The translations under genes were made by a program, and so were the position numbers. The notes beneath the pieces were generated by a model, which saw only the letters and a program-made list of their open reading frames with translations, did not search any database and had not been told where the DNA came from. DNA of 27,299 bases from an uncultured archaeon (GTDB taxonomy: Archaea > Asgardarchaeota > Heimdallarchaeia > Heimdallarchaeales > Kariarchaeaceae): assembly GCA_964645535.1 (NCBI GenBank), contig CAZYCQ010000022.1, positions 1 through 27,299 on the forward strand, written 5' to 3'. Shown here one piece after another: positions 16,219-25,900 of the stretch; positions within the stretch are counted from its first letter, which is position 1, and each line of letters begins with the position of its first letter.

Positions 16219-17733
16219 TCAATTGAACAATCGGGTATATTTCTGTTCAAGATAGTTTTTATGGTAATTGGTAGACAGTTGCTGTCCGGTAATTGCCTTG
16301 ATTAGGTCTGGAGGGTCGTATTTGCCTCCCAAAGAAAATGCCTCTTGGGTTAGCCAATCGATGGCTGGTTTCATGTTTCCTTCCCTTAAGGTATCTCTCC
16401 AATCCTTGACGGATTCACTCAGTTTGAAATAGATTTGCGACCCCATAAGGTCTCCCAATCCATACCCTTGAAAATATGCCCAATAGACGCTGTACCAATG
16501 CAGATCCTGCATGACCCCTTCCGTATCGTTCTGAACCTCGATCCCCAAATACTCTGCATATTTGTCGTTCCAGACTTGAGGGAGATCCTCAACATCAATT
16601 TCTCCCCTAAACAACATCCTCTCAATTTCAAAACGTATGATGATGTGTGTCAGATATGTCAATTCGTCTGCCTTCAGTCTACTCGGATTGGGGTTGATGA
16701 GGTTTGTTGCCAGATAGAACTCCTTCCAATCCACTTCTTTCAATGGGCCTTGGATGATCGATTGCAACTTGGGAAACATATATTCCCAAAATTCTGGAAG
16801 TTTTCCGATCTTGTTCTCCGTGAAACGTGAGTAACATTCCCCTATACTTGGATTCCTATACGAATTGATCGGTCTGCCCTCCCATTCCGGTTTTCTGCCA
16901 AGCCTGTCGAGTGCATGCCCAAGTTCATGGCAGGCTGCAAAGATGCTCCGTGTATACCTTGATTCATCATAATTCACCGTGATCCTGACGTCCATGGGTC
17001 CACATCCTATTGTCAGGGGATGTTCCACTTCACCGATCGCTCCTTTTGATTCTTCCCCCTCGAAGGGATATGTGTAAAATCTTGAAATCGTTTTGACTAC
17101 CTCATGCTGTACTGTCTTTGGAACATGATAGTCCAAAAAAGCCGTGTCTATTTCCCTGCTCATTTCCGAATACTTGTTCGTCATGGGTTTCAAATATCCA
17201 ATGGCCTCTGAAAACAGTGATGTGATTTTTGCCGATGTGAACCCCGGTTCTCTGACAAATATCAAGGCCTCAAAGGGATCGTCAATTTCTAAGGCTTTAC
17301 CTATCAGTTCTCCTCTTTGATATGTCAATTCAAAGTTCTTCTTCAATTCAGGAAGCACGATAGAGAAATCCATTTTTGCCTTGGCTTTCTTCCACACCTC
17401 TAATGTGGTATTGGCTTGGGCGGATTGGTTCTTCACAAATTCCTCCGGAAGTGCGGATCCGATCTTGATTGTCCTTTCCAGTATTTCAATGTCCCTCTGC
17501 TGTTCTTCCTCCAAGGGACGCTTTTTTGCATCTTCAATGGCCTGTTTCAATTCATCTGATGTCTGGAGCTTGTGAATCAATTGGCTCAAATAACCTACTT
17601 GGTTTGATCTATACTGAATTCCCATTCTAGGGAGGGTCGTGTTGGTGTCCCAATAAAGGACTGATGAAATTGAGCTTATCAGTTGTATTTCCTCATGGAT
17701 TTTAATCGCTCTTTCATATCCGCCAGCTATCAT
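16219..17733 (-). CDS. Carboxypeptidase, peptidase family M32 (carboxypeptidase Taq-like)
   Basis: LYWD, HPL, DVRIT, HELGH, RLKADELTY..HIIIRFEIE, GVMQDLHW. ATG 17733 is preferred to 17841. Confidence 0.92.
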   Translation of the reverse strand: MIAGGYERAIKIHEEIQLISSISSVLYWDTNTTLPRMGIQYRSNQVGYLSQLIHKLQTSDELKQAIEDAKKRPLEEEQQRDIEILERTIKIGSALPEEFVKNQSAQANTTLEVWKKAKAKMDFSIVLPELKKNFELTYQRGELIGKALEIDDPFEALIFVREPGFTSAKITSLFSEAIGYLKPMTNKYSEMSREIDTAFLDYHVPKTVQHEVVKTISRFYTYPFEGEESKGAIGEVEHPLTIGCGPMDVRITVNYDESRYTRSIFAACHELGHALDRLGRKPEWEGRPINSYRNPSIGECYSRFTENKIGKLPEFWEYMFPKLQSIIQGPLKEVDWKEFYLATNLINPNPSRLKADELTYLTHIIIRFEIERMLFRGEIDVEDLPQVWNDKYAEYLGIEVQNDTEGVMQDLHWYSVYWAYFQGYGLGDLMGSQIYFKLSESVKDWRDTLREGNMKPAIDWLTQEAFSLGGKYDPPDLIKAITGQQLSTNYHKNYLEQKYTRLFN

Positions 17734-17892
17734 ATTGATCACTTTAAGGTGTTGGAAAATGTAATGTTCTCTGAAGGGGTTGGTTGAAAATGTTACTCTT
17801 CGATTCTTGGAATCATGGTACTTTTCCAAAAAATCATTCATCTCTAGTCTTGAAAAGGGAAAAATTCAAATTCCTCCTCCATTAATTCACCT

Positions 17893-18285
17893 GTGTCGGA
17901 TTTACCAATCTCAACAGAAAAACCCTATCTCATTCATTTCAGCGCAATCTTGGTTCTTCTTTCTCTGTTCAATGTAAGATCCTATGTTGCAGATTTTAAA
18001 ATTGGCAGCCCCTCGGAGCTGGAATATCTAGAATGGTTGCTTTTGGTTTCCAACATCCTTTTGTTGAATGATGTTGCAAAACGATGGTTTGTTCTCATAA
18101 CTAATATTCTCAGTTTGATTTCCTTCTATTCGCTGCTTTTGGATATTGAGGAACATTTGGTGATGACCTCCCGATCCTCATCAATTGCTCTAGCATATCT
18201 CCTCCTGTCCCTTGCAGTGATCTTCCAAATAATTGCCCTGTTTTTTGGTGAAAGGATCACTGCAAAGATTTTCCAAATGAAATGA
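17893..18285 (+). CDS. Small hypothetical membrane protein (about 4 TM)
   Basis: 130-aa hydrophobic ORF filling the gap between two minus-strand genes; GTG start. Confidence 0.55.
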   Translation: MSDLPISTEKPYLIHFSAILVLLSLFNVRSYVADFKIGSPSELEYLEWLLLVSNILLLNDVAKRWFVLITNILSLISFYSLLLDIEEHLVMTSRSSSIALAYLLLSLAVIFQIIALFFGERITAKIFQMK

Positions 18286-18299
18286 ATTGCATGATCATA

Positions 18300-19022
18300 T
18301 TATTCATCTTCTGCATTTTCCCATTCGACATTGATTTCCTGATCTTCTTCAAGTTCTTCTGCAATTTCCTCTATTTCCTCGCCTACCTCTTCCACGATAT
18401 CTGCAACCGATTCAATGGTCTCATCAATCTGATCCACTGTTTCCTCTATGGCTTCCTCAATATTTTCAATGACCTCTTCAATGATGTCTTGACCGTCCTC
18501 CCCGAACTCATCAAGATCTACCTTGATCTCAAGATTGGCAAACCCTTTCTTCAATTGTTCTCCAATCTTTGCCAAGGCTTCCGCCTTGATTTTCAGCAAC
18601 TTTTCTTTTTCATCGATATTAAGGTCCTTGATATTGATGTGAAGATCCTCAAGTGGATCAAATGCTTTCTCGACCACCTGCATGGCATTTTCCATGACTG
18701 TTGTTACCACCTTTTGGATCTCTGAAATCAGGGGGAATAGTGTGGGAACCACTCCCATGGATGTTTTTAATGCTTGTTCCCTAATTTTCTCCTTGCTTTT
18801 GCGAATATTTTTCCTCGCCTCATCAAGATTTTTTTTCAAATTCTCATTGATCTCCTCCCTGATTTTCTCAGCAAAATCCTCCAGGTCCTCTCCGTCCATT
18901 CCTATTGTTGTCACGGTTTCAGGTTCCATGTGTGGGGGGATTCTCCTATTCTGAACCTCTTCCTTTATCTGGTTGATCCGTTCCCTTATGCGTTCAAGGT
19001 CATCATCAATGGTGCTCATCAC
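18300..19022 (-). CDS. Very acidic coiled-coil protein of unknown function
   Basis: Heptad-like helices with an E/D/I/V-rich C-terminal third; TTTTATAA about 20 nt upstream. Confidence 0.75.
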   Translation of the reverse strand: MMSTIDDDLERIRERINQIKEEVQNRRIPPHMEPETVTTIGMDGEDLEDFAEKIREEINENLKKNLDEARKNIRKSKEKIREQALKTSMGVVPTLFPLISEIQKVVTTVMENAMQVVEKAFDPLEDLHINIKDLNIDEKEKLLKIKAEALAKIGEQLKKGFANLEIKVDLDEFGEDGQDIIEEVIENIEEAIEETVDQIDETIESVADIVEEVGEEIEEIAEELEEDQEINVEWENAEDE

Positions 19023-19124
19023 ATCCTTCTTGATATTGTCTTATAAAAAACATGTTTCAAACCCGATGGCAAGGTTTCACCTATGGGTTAAAGGCATGCT
19101 TTTAGATCTATTTCACCGAGGTTG

Positions 19125-19139
19125 CGAAAGGTTTATATA
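19125..19139 (+). promoter_or_regulatory. BRE and TATA box of clpB
   Basis: CGAAAGG-TTTATATA, 55-70 nt upstream of ATG 19194; GGGGTG ribosome-binding site at 19182-19187. Confidence 0.7.
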
Positions 19140-19193
19140 TGATTACTATGATATGTTAATTATAATACATCACTTATCATAGGGGTGCGGCAC

Positions 19194-21788
19194 ATGGTAA
19201 ATCTAAACAAATTCACAACAAAATCACAGGAAGCCATCAGTCAGGCACAGACTTTGGCAACACAGTACGATCACGCATACTTGGACGAGTTCCATCTCGT
19301 CAAGGCTATGATGGATGAGGACAATGCCCTCATCGACCAGATCATCAACAAGGCCGGTATTAATTCCGACCTCTTCTACAACAAGATCAAACAGCGATTG
19401 GAAGGGAAACCCAAGGTTTCCGGGGCATCTCTCCAAATATCGCAGACCTTGAGCAAGATTCTTGCAAATGCCGAAAAGATCGCTCAACAACTCGGTGACC
19501 AATATGTCTCCGTTGATGTCCTCCTGTTAAGTGTCATCAAGGAATCTCAGGACATTCGGAGAATCATCAAGCAGATCAATCCCGGTGTAGACTACGAAGT
19601 CTTCCTCAAGGTGGTCAAGGAAATCAGGGGGACACAAAAAGTGGACAGTCAAGATGCAGAAGAAAAATTCCAGGCATTGGAAAAATACACCATCGATTTC
19701 ACAAAACTCGCAGCAGAAGGAAAACTTGATCCTGTCATCGGCAGGGATGATGAAATAAGACGGGTCATCCATGTTCTTTCACGCAGGACCAAGAACAACC
19801 CTGTGCTCATCGGTGAGCCAGGTGTCGGAAAGACTGCCATTGTTGAAGGGCTTGCCCAAAGAATTGTGAAGGGTGACGTCCCTGAATCACTGCGGGATGT
19901 CCGGCTCCTTGCACTTGATATGGGAAGTCTCATCGCGGGCGCAAAATACCGAGGAGAGTTCGAAGAACGGCTCAAAGCAGTTCTCAATGAAATCGAGCAA
20001 TCCAACGGCAAGATTATCCTCTTCATTGACGAAGCCCACACCATTGTAGGGGCTGGAGCATCTGAAGGTTCATTGGATGCCTCTAACCTGCTGAAACCCA
20101 TGTTGGCTAGGGGTAAACTCCGAACCATCGCGGCAACGACTTACGATGAGTACCGCAAATACTTCGAAAAGGATGCAGCTCTTGAACGTCGATTCCAACC
20201 GGTTTTCGTGGATCAACCCTCTGTCGAGGACACCATTTCCATCCTGAGAGGGCTCAAAGACAAGTATGAGGTCCATCACGGTGTAAGGATCCAAGACAAT
20301 GCCCTAGTGGCCGCTGCCACTCTCTCCCACCGATACATCACCGACAGGTTCCTTCCAGATAAGGCCATTGATCTCATTGATGAAGCTGCATCAAAGATTG
20401 CCATGGAACTTCAATCCATGCCTGAGGAACTTGAGAAAGTCCAAAGACGGATCAACCAGCTTGAGATCGAACGCTCCGTGGTGAAGAAGGAAAGCGATGC
20501 TGCCTCTCAGAGGAGATTGAAGCAGATCGAAGAGGAACTTGAGAAAGAGAAACAGGAGTTTGCCCGAATCAAGGCTCAATGGGAACAGGAAAAAGAGGTC
20601 TTTGATCAGATTGCCAAAATCAAGGGTGAAATCGAGGATCTCAAGATCGAAGCTGAAAGGGCACAACGGGCAGGCGACCTTGAAACTGTCGGTCGCATCA
20701 TGTATGGTCAGATCCCTCAATTGCAGGCCAAATTGGAAGAATTGCAGGCCAAAGCGGATGAGATGCGGAAGAGCGGCAAAACCTTCCTGAGGCAAGAAGT
20801 GAGCGAAGAGGACATTGCCGAAGTTGTTTCACGTTGGACTGGCATCCCGGTGTCCAAGATCACCCAAGAGGAAGCCGACAAGATTCTCCACATGGAGGAG
20901 TACCTACGCAAACGCGTCAAGGGACAGGATGAAGCAATTGAGGCACTGGCCCAAACCATCCGTCGATCCCGAGCTGGGCTATCCTCTGGAGAGAGACCTC
21001 TGGGATCATTCATGTTCCTCGGTCCCACAGGTGTTGGTAAGACTGAGCTGGCAAAGGCATTGGCTGAATTCCTCTTCGACTCAGAGAAATACATGGTTCG
21101 AATTGACATGAGTGAGTATATGGAAAAACATTCCGTAGCTCGGTTAATCGGTGCACCTCCTGGCTATGTAGGTCATGAGGAAGGAGGCCAGTTGACTGAG
21201 GCGGTTCGCAGGCATCCATACTCCGTCATCCTGTTTGACGAGATTGAAAAGGCTCACCAAGATGTCTTCAATATCCTCTTGCAGGTGTTGGATGATGGAA
21301 GGTTGACAGATTCAAAAGGACGTACCGTTGATTTCACCAACACGGTCATTATCTTCACCTCCAACATAGGTAGCCAACTCATCTTCGAGATGACCGGAAG
21401 GGGCGAGAGCTATGAATCCATCAAGAAAGCAGTCACCGATGAATTGAAGCACTTCTTCCGGCCGGAGTTCCTCAACAGGATCGATGAGATCGTTGTCTTC
21501 CACTCCCTCTCAGAGGATCTCATGGTGGATATCGTCAAGATCCAACTTGAAAGACTTTACAAACGTGTGGAGGCACAGGGTCTGAAGCTGAAGGTTGGTG
21601 ATGATGTCATCCATTATCTTGCCAAGGTCGGCTATGATCCTTCCTATGGTGCCCGCCCCTTGAAACGAGCCATCGCCAAGTATCTGGAGACGCCCTTGGC
21701 GAACTATCTCCTGTCTCACGAACTGAAGGAAAACACGGTTCTTGAGGCAAGGATGGATGGTGACAGAGTGGTCATCAGCCATTCATAA
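19194..21788 (+). CDS. clpB: ATP-dependent disaggregase ClpB
   Basis: Clp N domain, NBD1 GEPGVGKT and LFIDE, long coiled-coil M domain, NBD2 GPTGVGKT and [17 protein letters not shown]. Confidence 0.97.
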   Translation: MVNLNKFTTKSQEAISQAQTLATQYDHAYLDEFHLVKAMMDEDNALIDQIINKAGINSDLFYNKIKQRLEGKPKVSGASLQISQTLSKILANAEKIAQQLGDQYVSVDVLLLSVIKESQDIRRIIKQINPGVDYEVFLKVVKEIRGTQKVDSQDAEEKFQALEKYTIDFTKLAAEGKLDPVIGRDDEIRRVIHVLSRRTKNNPVLIGEPGVGKTAIVEGLAQRIVKGDVPESLRDVRLLALDMGSLIAGAKYRGEFEERLKAVLNEIEQSNGKIILFIDEAHTIVGAGASEGSLDASNLLKPMLARGKLRTIAATTYDEYRKYFEKDAALERRFQPVFVDQPSVEDTISILRGLKDKYEVHHGVRIQDNALVAAATLSHRYITDRFLPDKAIDLIDEAASKIAMELQSMPEELEKVQRRINQLEIERSVVKKESDAASQRRLKQIEEELEKEKQEFARIKAQWEQEKEVFDQIAKIKGEIEDLKIEAERAQRAGDLETVGRIMYGQIPQLQAKLEELQAKADEMRKSGKTFLRQEVSEEDIAEVVSRWTGIPVSKITQEEADKILHMEEYLRKRVKGQDEAIEALAQTIRRSRAGLSSGERPLGSFMFLGPTGVGKTELAKALAEFLFDSEKYMVRIDMSEYMEKHSVARLIGAPPGYVGHEEGGQLTEAVRRHPYSVILFDEIEKAHQDVFNILLQVLDDGRLTDSKGRTVDFTNTVIIFTSNIGSQLIFEMTGRGESYESIKKAVTDELKHFFRPEFLNRIDEIVVFHSLSEDLMVDIVKIQLERLYKRVEAQGLKLKVGDDVIHYLAKVGYDPSYGARPLKRAIAKYLETPLANYLLSHELKENTVLEARMDGDRVVISHS

Positions 21789-21790
21789 GG

Positions 21791-21824
21791 CCCGCCTCAC
21801 TCTTCAAGAAAAAAGGGGGGAGGG
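21791..21824. terminator. Candidate terminator between convergent clpB and the transglutaminase gene
   Basis: The minus strand reads CCCTCCCCCCTTTTTTCTT just after the stop at 21829; an imperfect hairpin is possible. Confidence 0.4.
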
Positions 21825-21828
21825 ACAC

Positions 21829-22962
21829 TCATTCAATAATATCTTCCATCAGGATTTTCCGGAGTTTTGCTTGTTTTGCCAGATATGCCCTTCTGCCAGC
21901 AAGGGTTGAATAGACGACAAACAGTACAGGAATTGCATTGAGGACGATAAAGACTGCACTTCTTGTCTTTGAAAAGTAACTTATCTCCAAGGAATTCACT
22001 ACAATGCGATATTCATTGAAGACTGTAGGATCGGAGATATTGGCTTTCGGAATCCAGCGGTATGACAGATGTCGATATGGCTTGTCCGGTCCTCTGGTCA
22101 GTGTAATCCGTTTCTCATCGGTTTTTAGCCAATTATCAAAAAAATTGGTGTTTCCCCTTGTTGGATCTGCTGGAAGCATACCCACCCCTTTCACATAGAA
22201 CATCGGATAGGCATGGGCTGCTGCGCCATCATCCGTTCCATTAAATCCTGTTGCAAAATCTGCCAGCCATGCGGTATGCTCAATGGCAGGAATTCCTCGG
22301 GCTCGAGATAAGGCTATGAACAGGGTTGTGTATTCATCACAATCTCCATAACCGTTCCTGAGGGCAAAACTTGCGCCCCTGATCTGGCTCAATAGCTTGT
22401 ACCGTATATAGGTCGATGAAAAGTTGTACGAGAGATAGGCGATATCCAATGGATTGTCGGAATCGGGGAATGTCCCTGCCACACTCTGGACTGCCGGATC
22501 GGTTGTATCCTCCAAGGGATTATATGCCATGAATAGTTTATAGAGGGGGTCGTTTTCATCATATGGAAATATTTTCAGATTGGCATTCACATAATCCAGC
22601 AGGTTAAGCGTCACGTTTGCCTTAATCGTCACCTTGAATGTCTGATTGACCTGAAAATCAGTGAAATCATATTGGATGAAGGAATTGTTGTACTCGTCCG
22701 TGGTTGTGAAATTCGGTGGCACCGAGATTTGTATTCCCTTTACTTCTTGAACCGGTTCCCAACTCTTCAACAGTGCCAATCGGATTGAAACGCGTGTCAG
22801 GTTCAACGGTCCCTCATTCTTGACCACATAGCTGTATTGAAGCTGGAAATCTGCTTTTCCTTGTAGGATATCGTCATTTTCTTCAAGGTAGAGGAAGACA
22901 AACCCACTCATGATAACAAGGAATGCCAAGCCAGCTACAAGAATCTTGTTTTCCAATTTCAT
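21829..22962 (-). CDS. Membrane-anchored transglutaminase-like protein with intact Cys-His-Asp triad
   Basis: GYGDCDEYTTLFIALSRARGIPA, AHAYP, PADPT; N-terminal signal/anchor and C-terminal TM with basic tail; ATGA overlap with the upstream fusion gene. Confidence 0.9.
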   Translation of the reverse strand: MKLENKILVAGLAFLVIMSGFVFLYLEENDDILQGKADFQLQYSYVVKNEGPLNLTRVSIRLALLKSWEPVQEVKGIQISVPPNFTTTDEYNNSFIQYDFTDFQVNQTFKVTIKANVTLNLLDYVNANLKIFPYDENDPLYKLFMAYNPLEDTTDPAVQSVAGTFPDSDNPLDIAYLSYNFSSTYIRYKLLSQIRGASFALRNGYGDCDEYTTLFIALSRARGIPAIEHTAWLADFATGFNGTDDGAAAHAYPMFYVKGVGMLPADPTRGNTNFFDNWLKTDEKRITLTRGPDKPYRHLSYRWIPKANISDPTVFNEYRIVVNSLEISYFSKTRSAVFIVLNAIPVLFVVYSTLAGRRAYLAKQAKLRKILMEDIIE

Positions 22963-25900
22963 TGTTCATCCTCCTGTTTCAGCATTTTGATAGTGCCCTG
23001 CCAATCCTTTTCCTTCCAGACCTTCCCAAGCTTGATCCCCATCGAAGCACATGCCAAAGGCGATTTCAATCTGTAGTCGATGGCAAGTTCCTCAATGAAA
23101 TCAAGTCGGTTCAACAGACTTGCCTGATTGATGTTCTGGATTTCCAATCCAGGTCTTTTGTTTATTTCCAGGACATAGATCTGTGTCTCGTCGCCCCTTT
23201 TTCCGAGGACGATATCCACTCCTGCATATCCCAGTCCACTGGATTTGTGTGCCAAACAGGCCACTGCAAGGATCTGCTTCCAATATGGAATCTTTCGTCC
23301 GATGATCCGTGATCTTGTGTCAGGATGCATTTCAACTGGATGCTGTTTCCATTCGGCATGGAAGATCTCTCCCGTTTCCATATCCACTCCTGCACCAATG
23401 GCTCCCTGTTTGAGGTTTGCCTTTCCATCACTTTCACTTGTGGGAAGTCTTGCCATGGCCATTACCGGTACTCCTCTAAAGACGATGACCCGAATATCTG
23501 GCAATCCTGTAGAAATTTCTGCCATGAAGTCATCAACAACTATCTTTTCCTCAATGATACAGATGTCATTTTCCGCAAGGGTCTGTGTAGAAAGATATTC
23601 CCCTTGGACAATTCTTTGGATCTCATTGGATATGGCCTGTGGTGCATATGTTTCACCGCCTATCAGAAAGTTTCCCCTCTCGTCCCTTTTTTGGACAACT
23701 ATGATCCCCATTCCTCCCAAACTTTGGGTAGGCTTAATGACAAATCCATTCTCAAACAGGCTCTCCTTGACAAGCCGCTCCATAATGGCAGGAATCTCTC
23801 TCATTTCGGTTACAATTCCATAGAGGTCTGGTGTGGGGACATTCCATTTCTCGAATTGAAGCTTCATGTCAAACTTGTTGATAAGCTGAAACACTTCTGG
23901 AGGATTGTATTTTGCGATATAGTTTCGGTTCCTGATGAGAATGCTCAGGGGTTGCTCCCCCTTTTTGAAGAGCCGCATGAACCTTCTTGTGTCCATGAAG
24001 GTATATTTTCTCCCTCTTCCATAGAACAAGATGATCGCAACCAAAAGCACCCAGATTTCTGGTGTCAAGGCAACAAAACGAACCCATGTATCATTGCTCA
24101 TGAGGTAATAGGCTCCCCAAGTAACAACCAGACTTGCAAGAAGGCGAGTGAATGCCATGTAATGGTCGTTTTGCTCGACATTGCCGACGTACCGGTCAGT
24201 GATCCATGGCAGGATGATAATTGGCACGAAAAGGGCTGAACTGAGAAATGGAATTCGGTAGATTTCACCAAGTAGTTCCATCACTCCAAGGTATGTGATA
24301 TTGAAAACCATCATGATCCCAATTCTGAAACCGACAGGGAAACCATAAGGTGATATCAAAACCCTTACAAGATACAGGAGTGTGAAAATGTTCAAAAAGA
24401 GTATCGTGCCCCAGAAGGGACCAATCTGAATCATCGAGATGACGAGAACACTTGGTGCAAAAAGTCCGTATGTCTCCAATCCCAAGGAATACTTGGTGAA
24501 CAAAATAAGAATGATCGCAAGTAGAAACCTGAACAGAAATAGGCTACGTTCCAGTACGAAAGTCGCCTCGAAAAGAAATAATCTCCCAATAGTGGCCAAT
24601 CCAATCATCAGCATGATGACAATAAATGTGTTGAAGATTTCCGTATCCGTCCAGTTCCCCTTTGATTTCGGAGTGTACATGATTTTTATTTCCTCCTTTG
24701 AGTAAGTTCGTGACCTACTGTATTTTGTGATAGCATCGGTCATACCCACAAGGGTCAAAAGATAGGGAATGACCCGTATTCCAAATTCAATCCAGTTTCT
24801 CTGAATTTGGCTTGCTCCTTCAGAAATGCCGATACTGACAAGATAGAACCATTCGGTTTTTGCAATATTGCCGGAATCATCAAACGCGACTATTCTGAAC
24901 TCAACCAATCCCTTTTCCTTGAAAGTACCCAACTCATATTTGAACAGGCCGTTTTCATCATATGTGCCATTAATGGTCATGGATCGGTTTACCGTTGCAG
25001 AATACCAGTTGATCTCAACATATTGAGCGGCAATATGGCTTTCTGGATCAATGATTTTGGCTCTTACAACATAGGTTCCTGAAAATTGCTTATAGTTGTC
25101 AAGATCAGGAATGAAGCTCTGTGTTATGAGAGGGGAAAACACATCTGGTAGTCCACCTTCCACATCTTGATTGGATCTTTCCCCTTCAGTAGCTTCATAT
25201 ATCAACCTCAACGCGAAAAAGGTTGAAGATACCCTTGATGTGAATCCTGGTCTCAACCCATACCCTCCATCCTCGTTTTTCAGGAAGTCGACAAAGGAAA
25301 GCACACTCTCCCAATCTATGCTTGCATTCAGCATTTTCTGAAGTGCAACTGCATGATATGTTGCCTCCATAGTTGGCTGTGTTCTATCAAGTGTATTGAC
25401 ATACCCTCCAGAGGGTTTTCTGTATTGTTCCAAGGTTTGGAGAATCCTTGTCGAATTGACCTGGTAACCCAACCAAAGGAGCAATCGGGTTGCCCTGAAT
25501 GTGGAAATCACCGAGGGTGAGGACAATGGCGAATTCTTGAAAAATCCTGTATTTGGATCTTGTTGCCGGAGAAGAAAATTTTTCAGATTGGTACGATTGA
25601 AGCTAGATGTTTCAAATGCATCAAGCAATTTCAGAATCGACATTCCCCAATAGGTATGGGTGATGTAAGCCAATTTTGCCCCCGGAAATTGGCCAATCCC
25701 TCCAGTTTCCACTTCTGATTTTTCAACGAAGGATACCATCTCTTGGTGATTGAGTAAAGGATCCCCAAGTGCTCGGAGTGCCAAGATTCCATAAAATGTA
25801 TACTTTATCCGTGCCGAAGCTCCTGGTCGTATGCCAAACCCGCCATCATCTGTTGAAAATGCATCCTCTAGAAATTTTCTGACCTGTGGATCTATGATTG

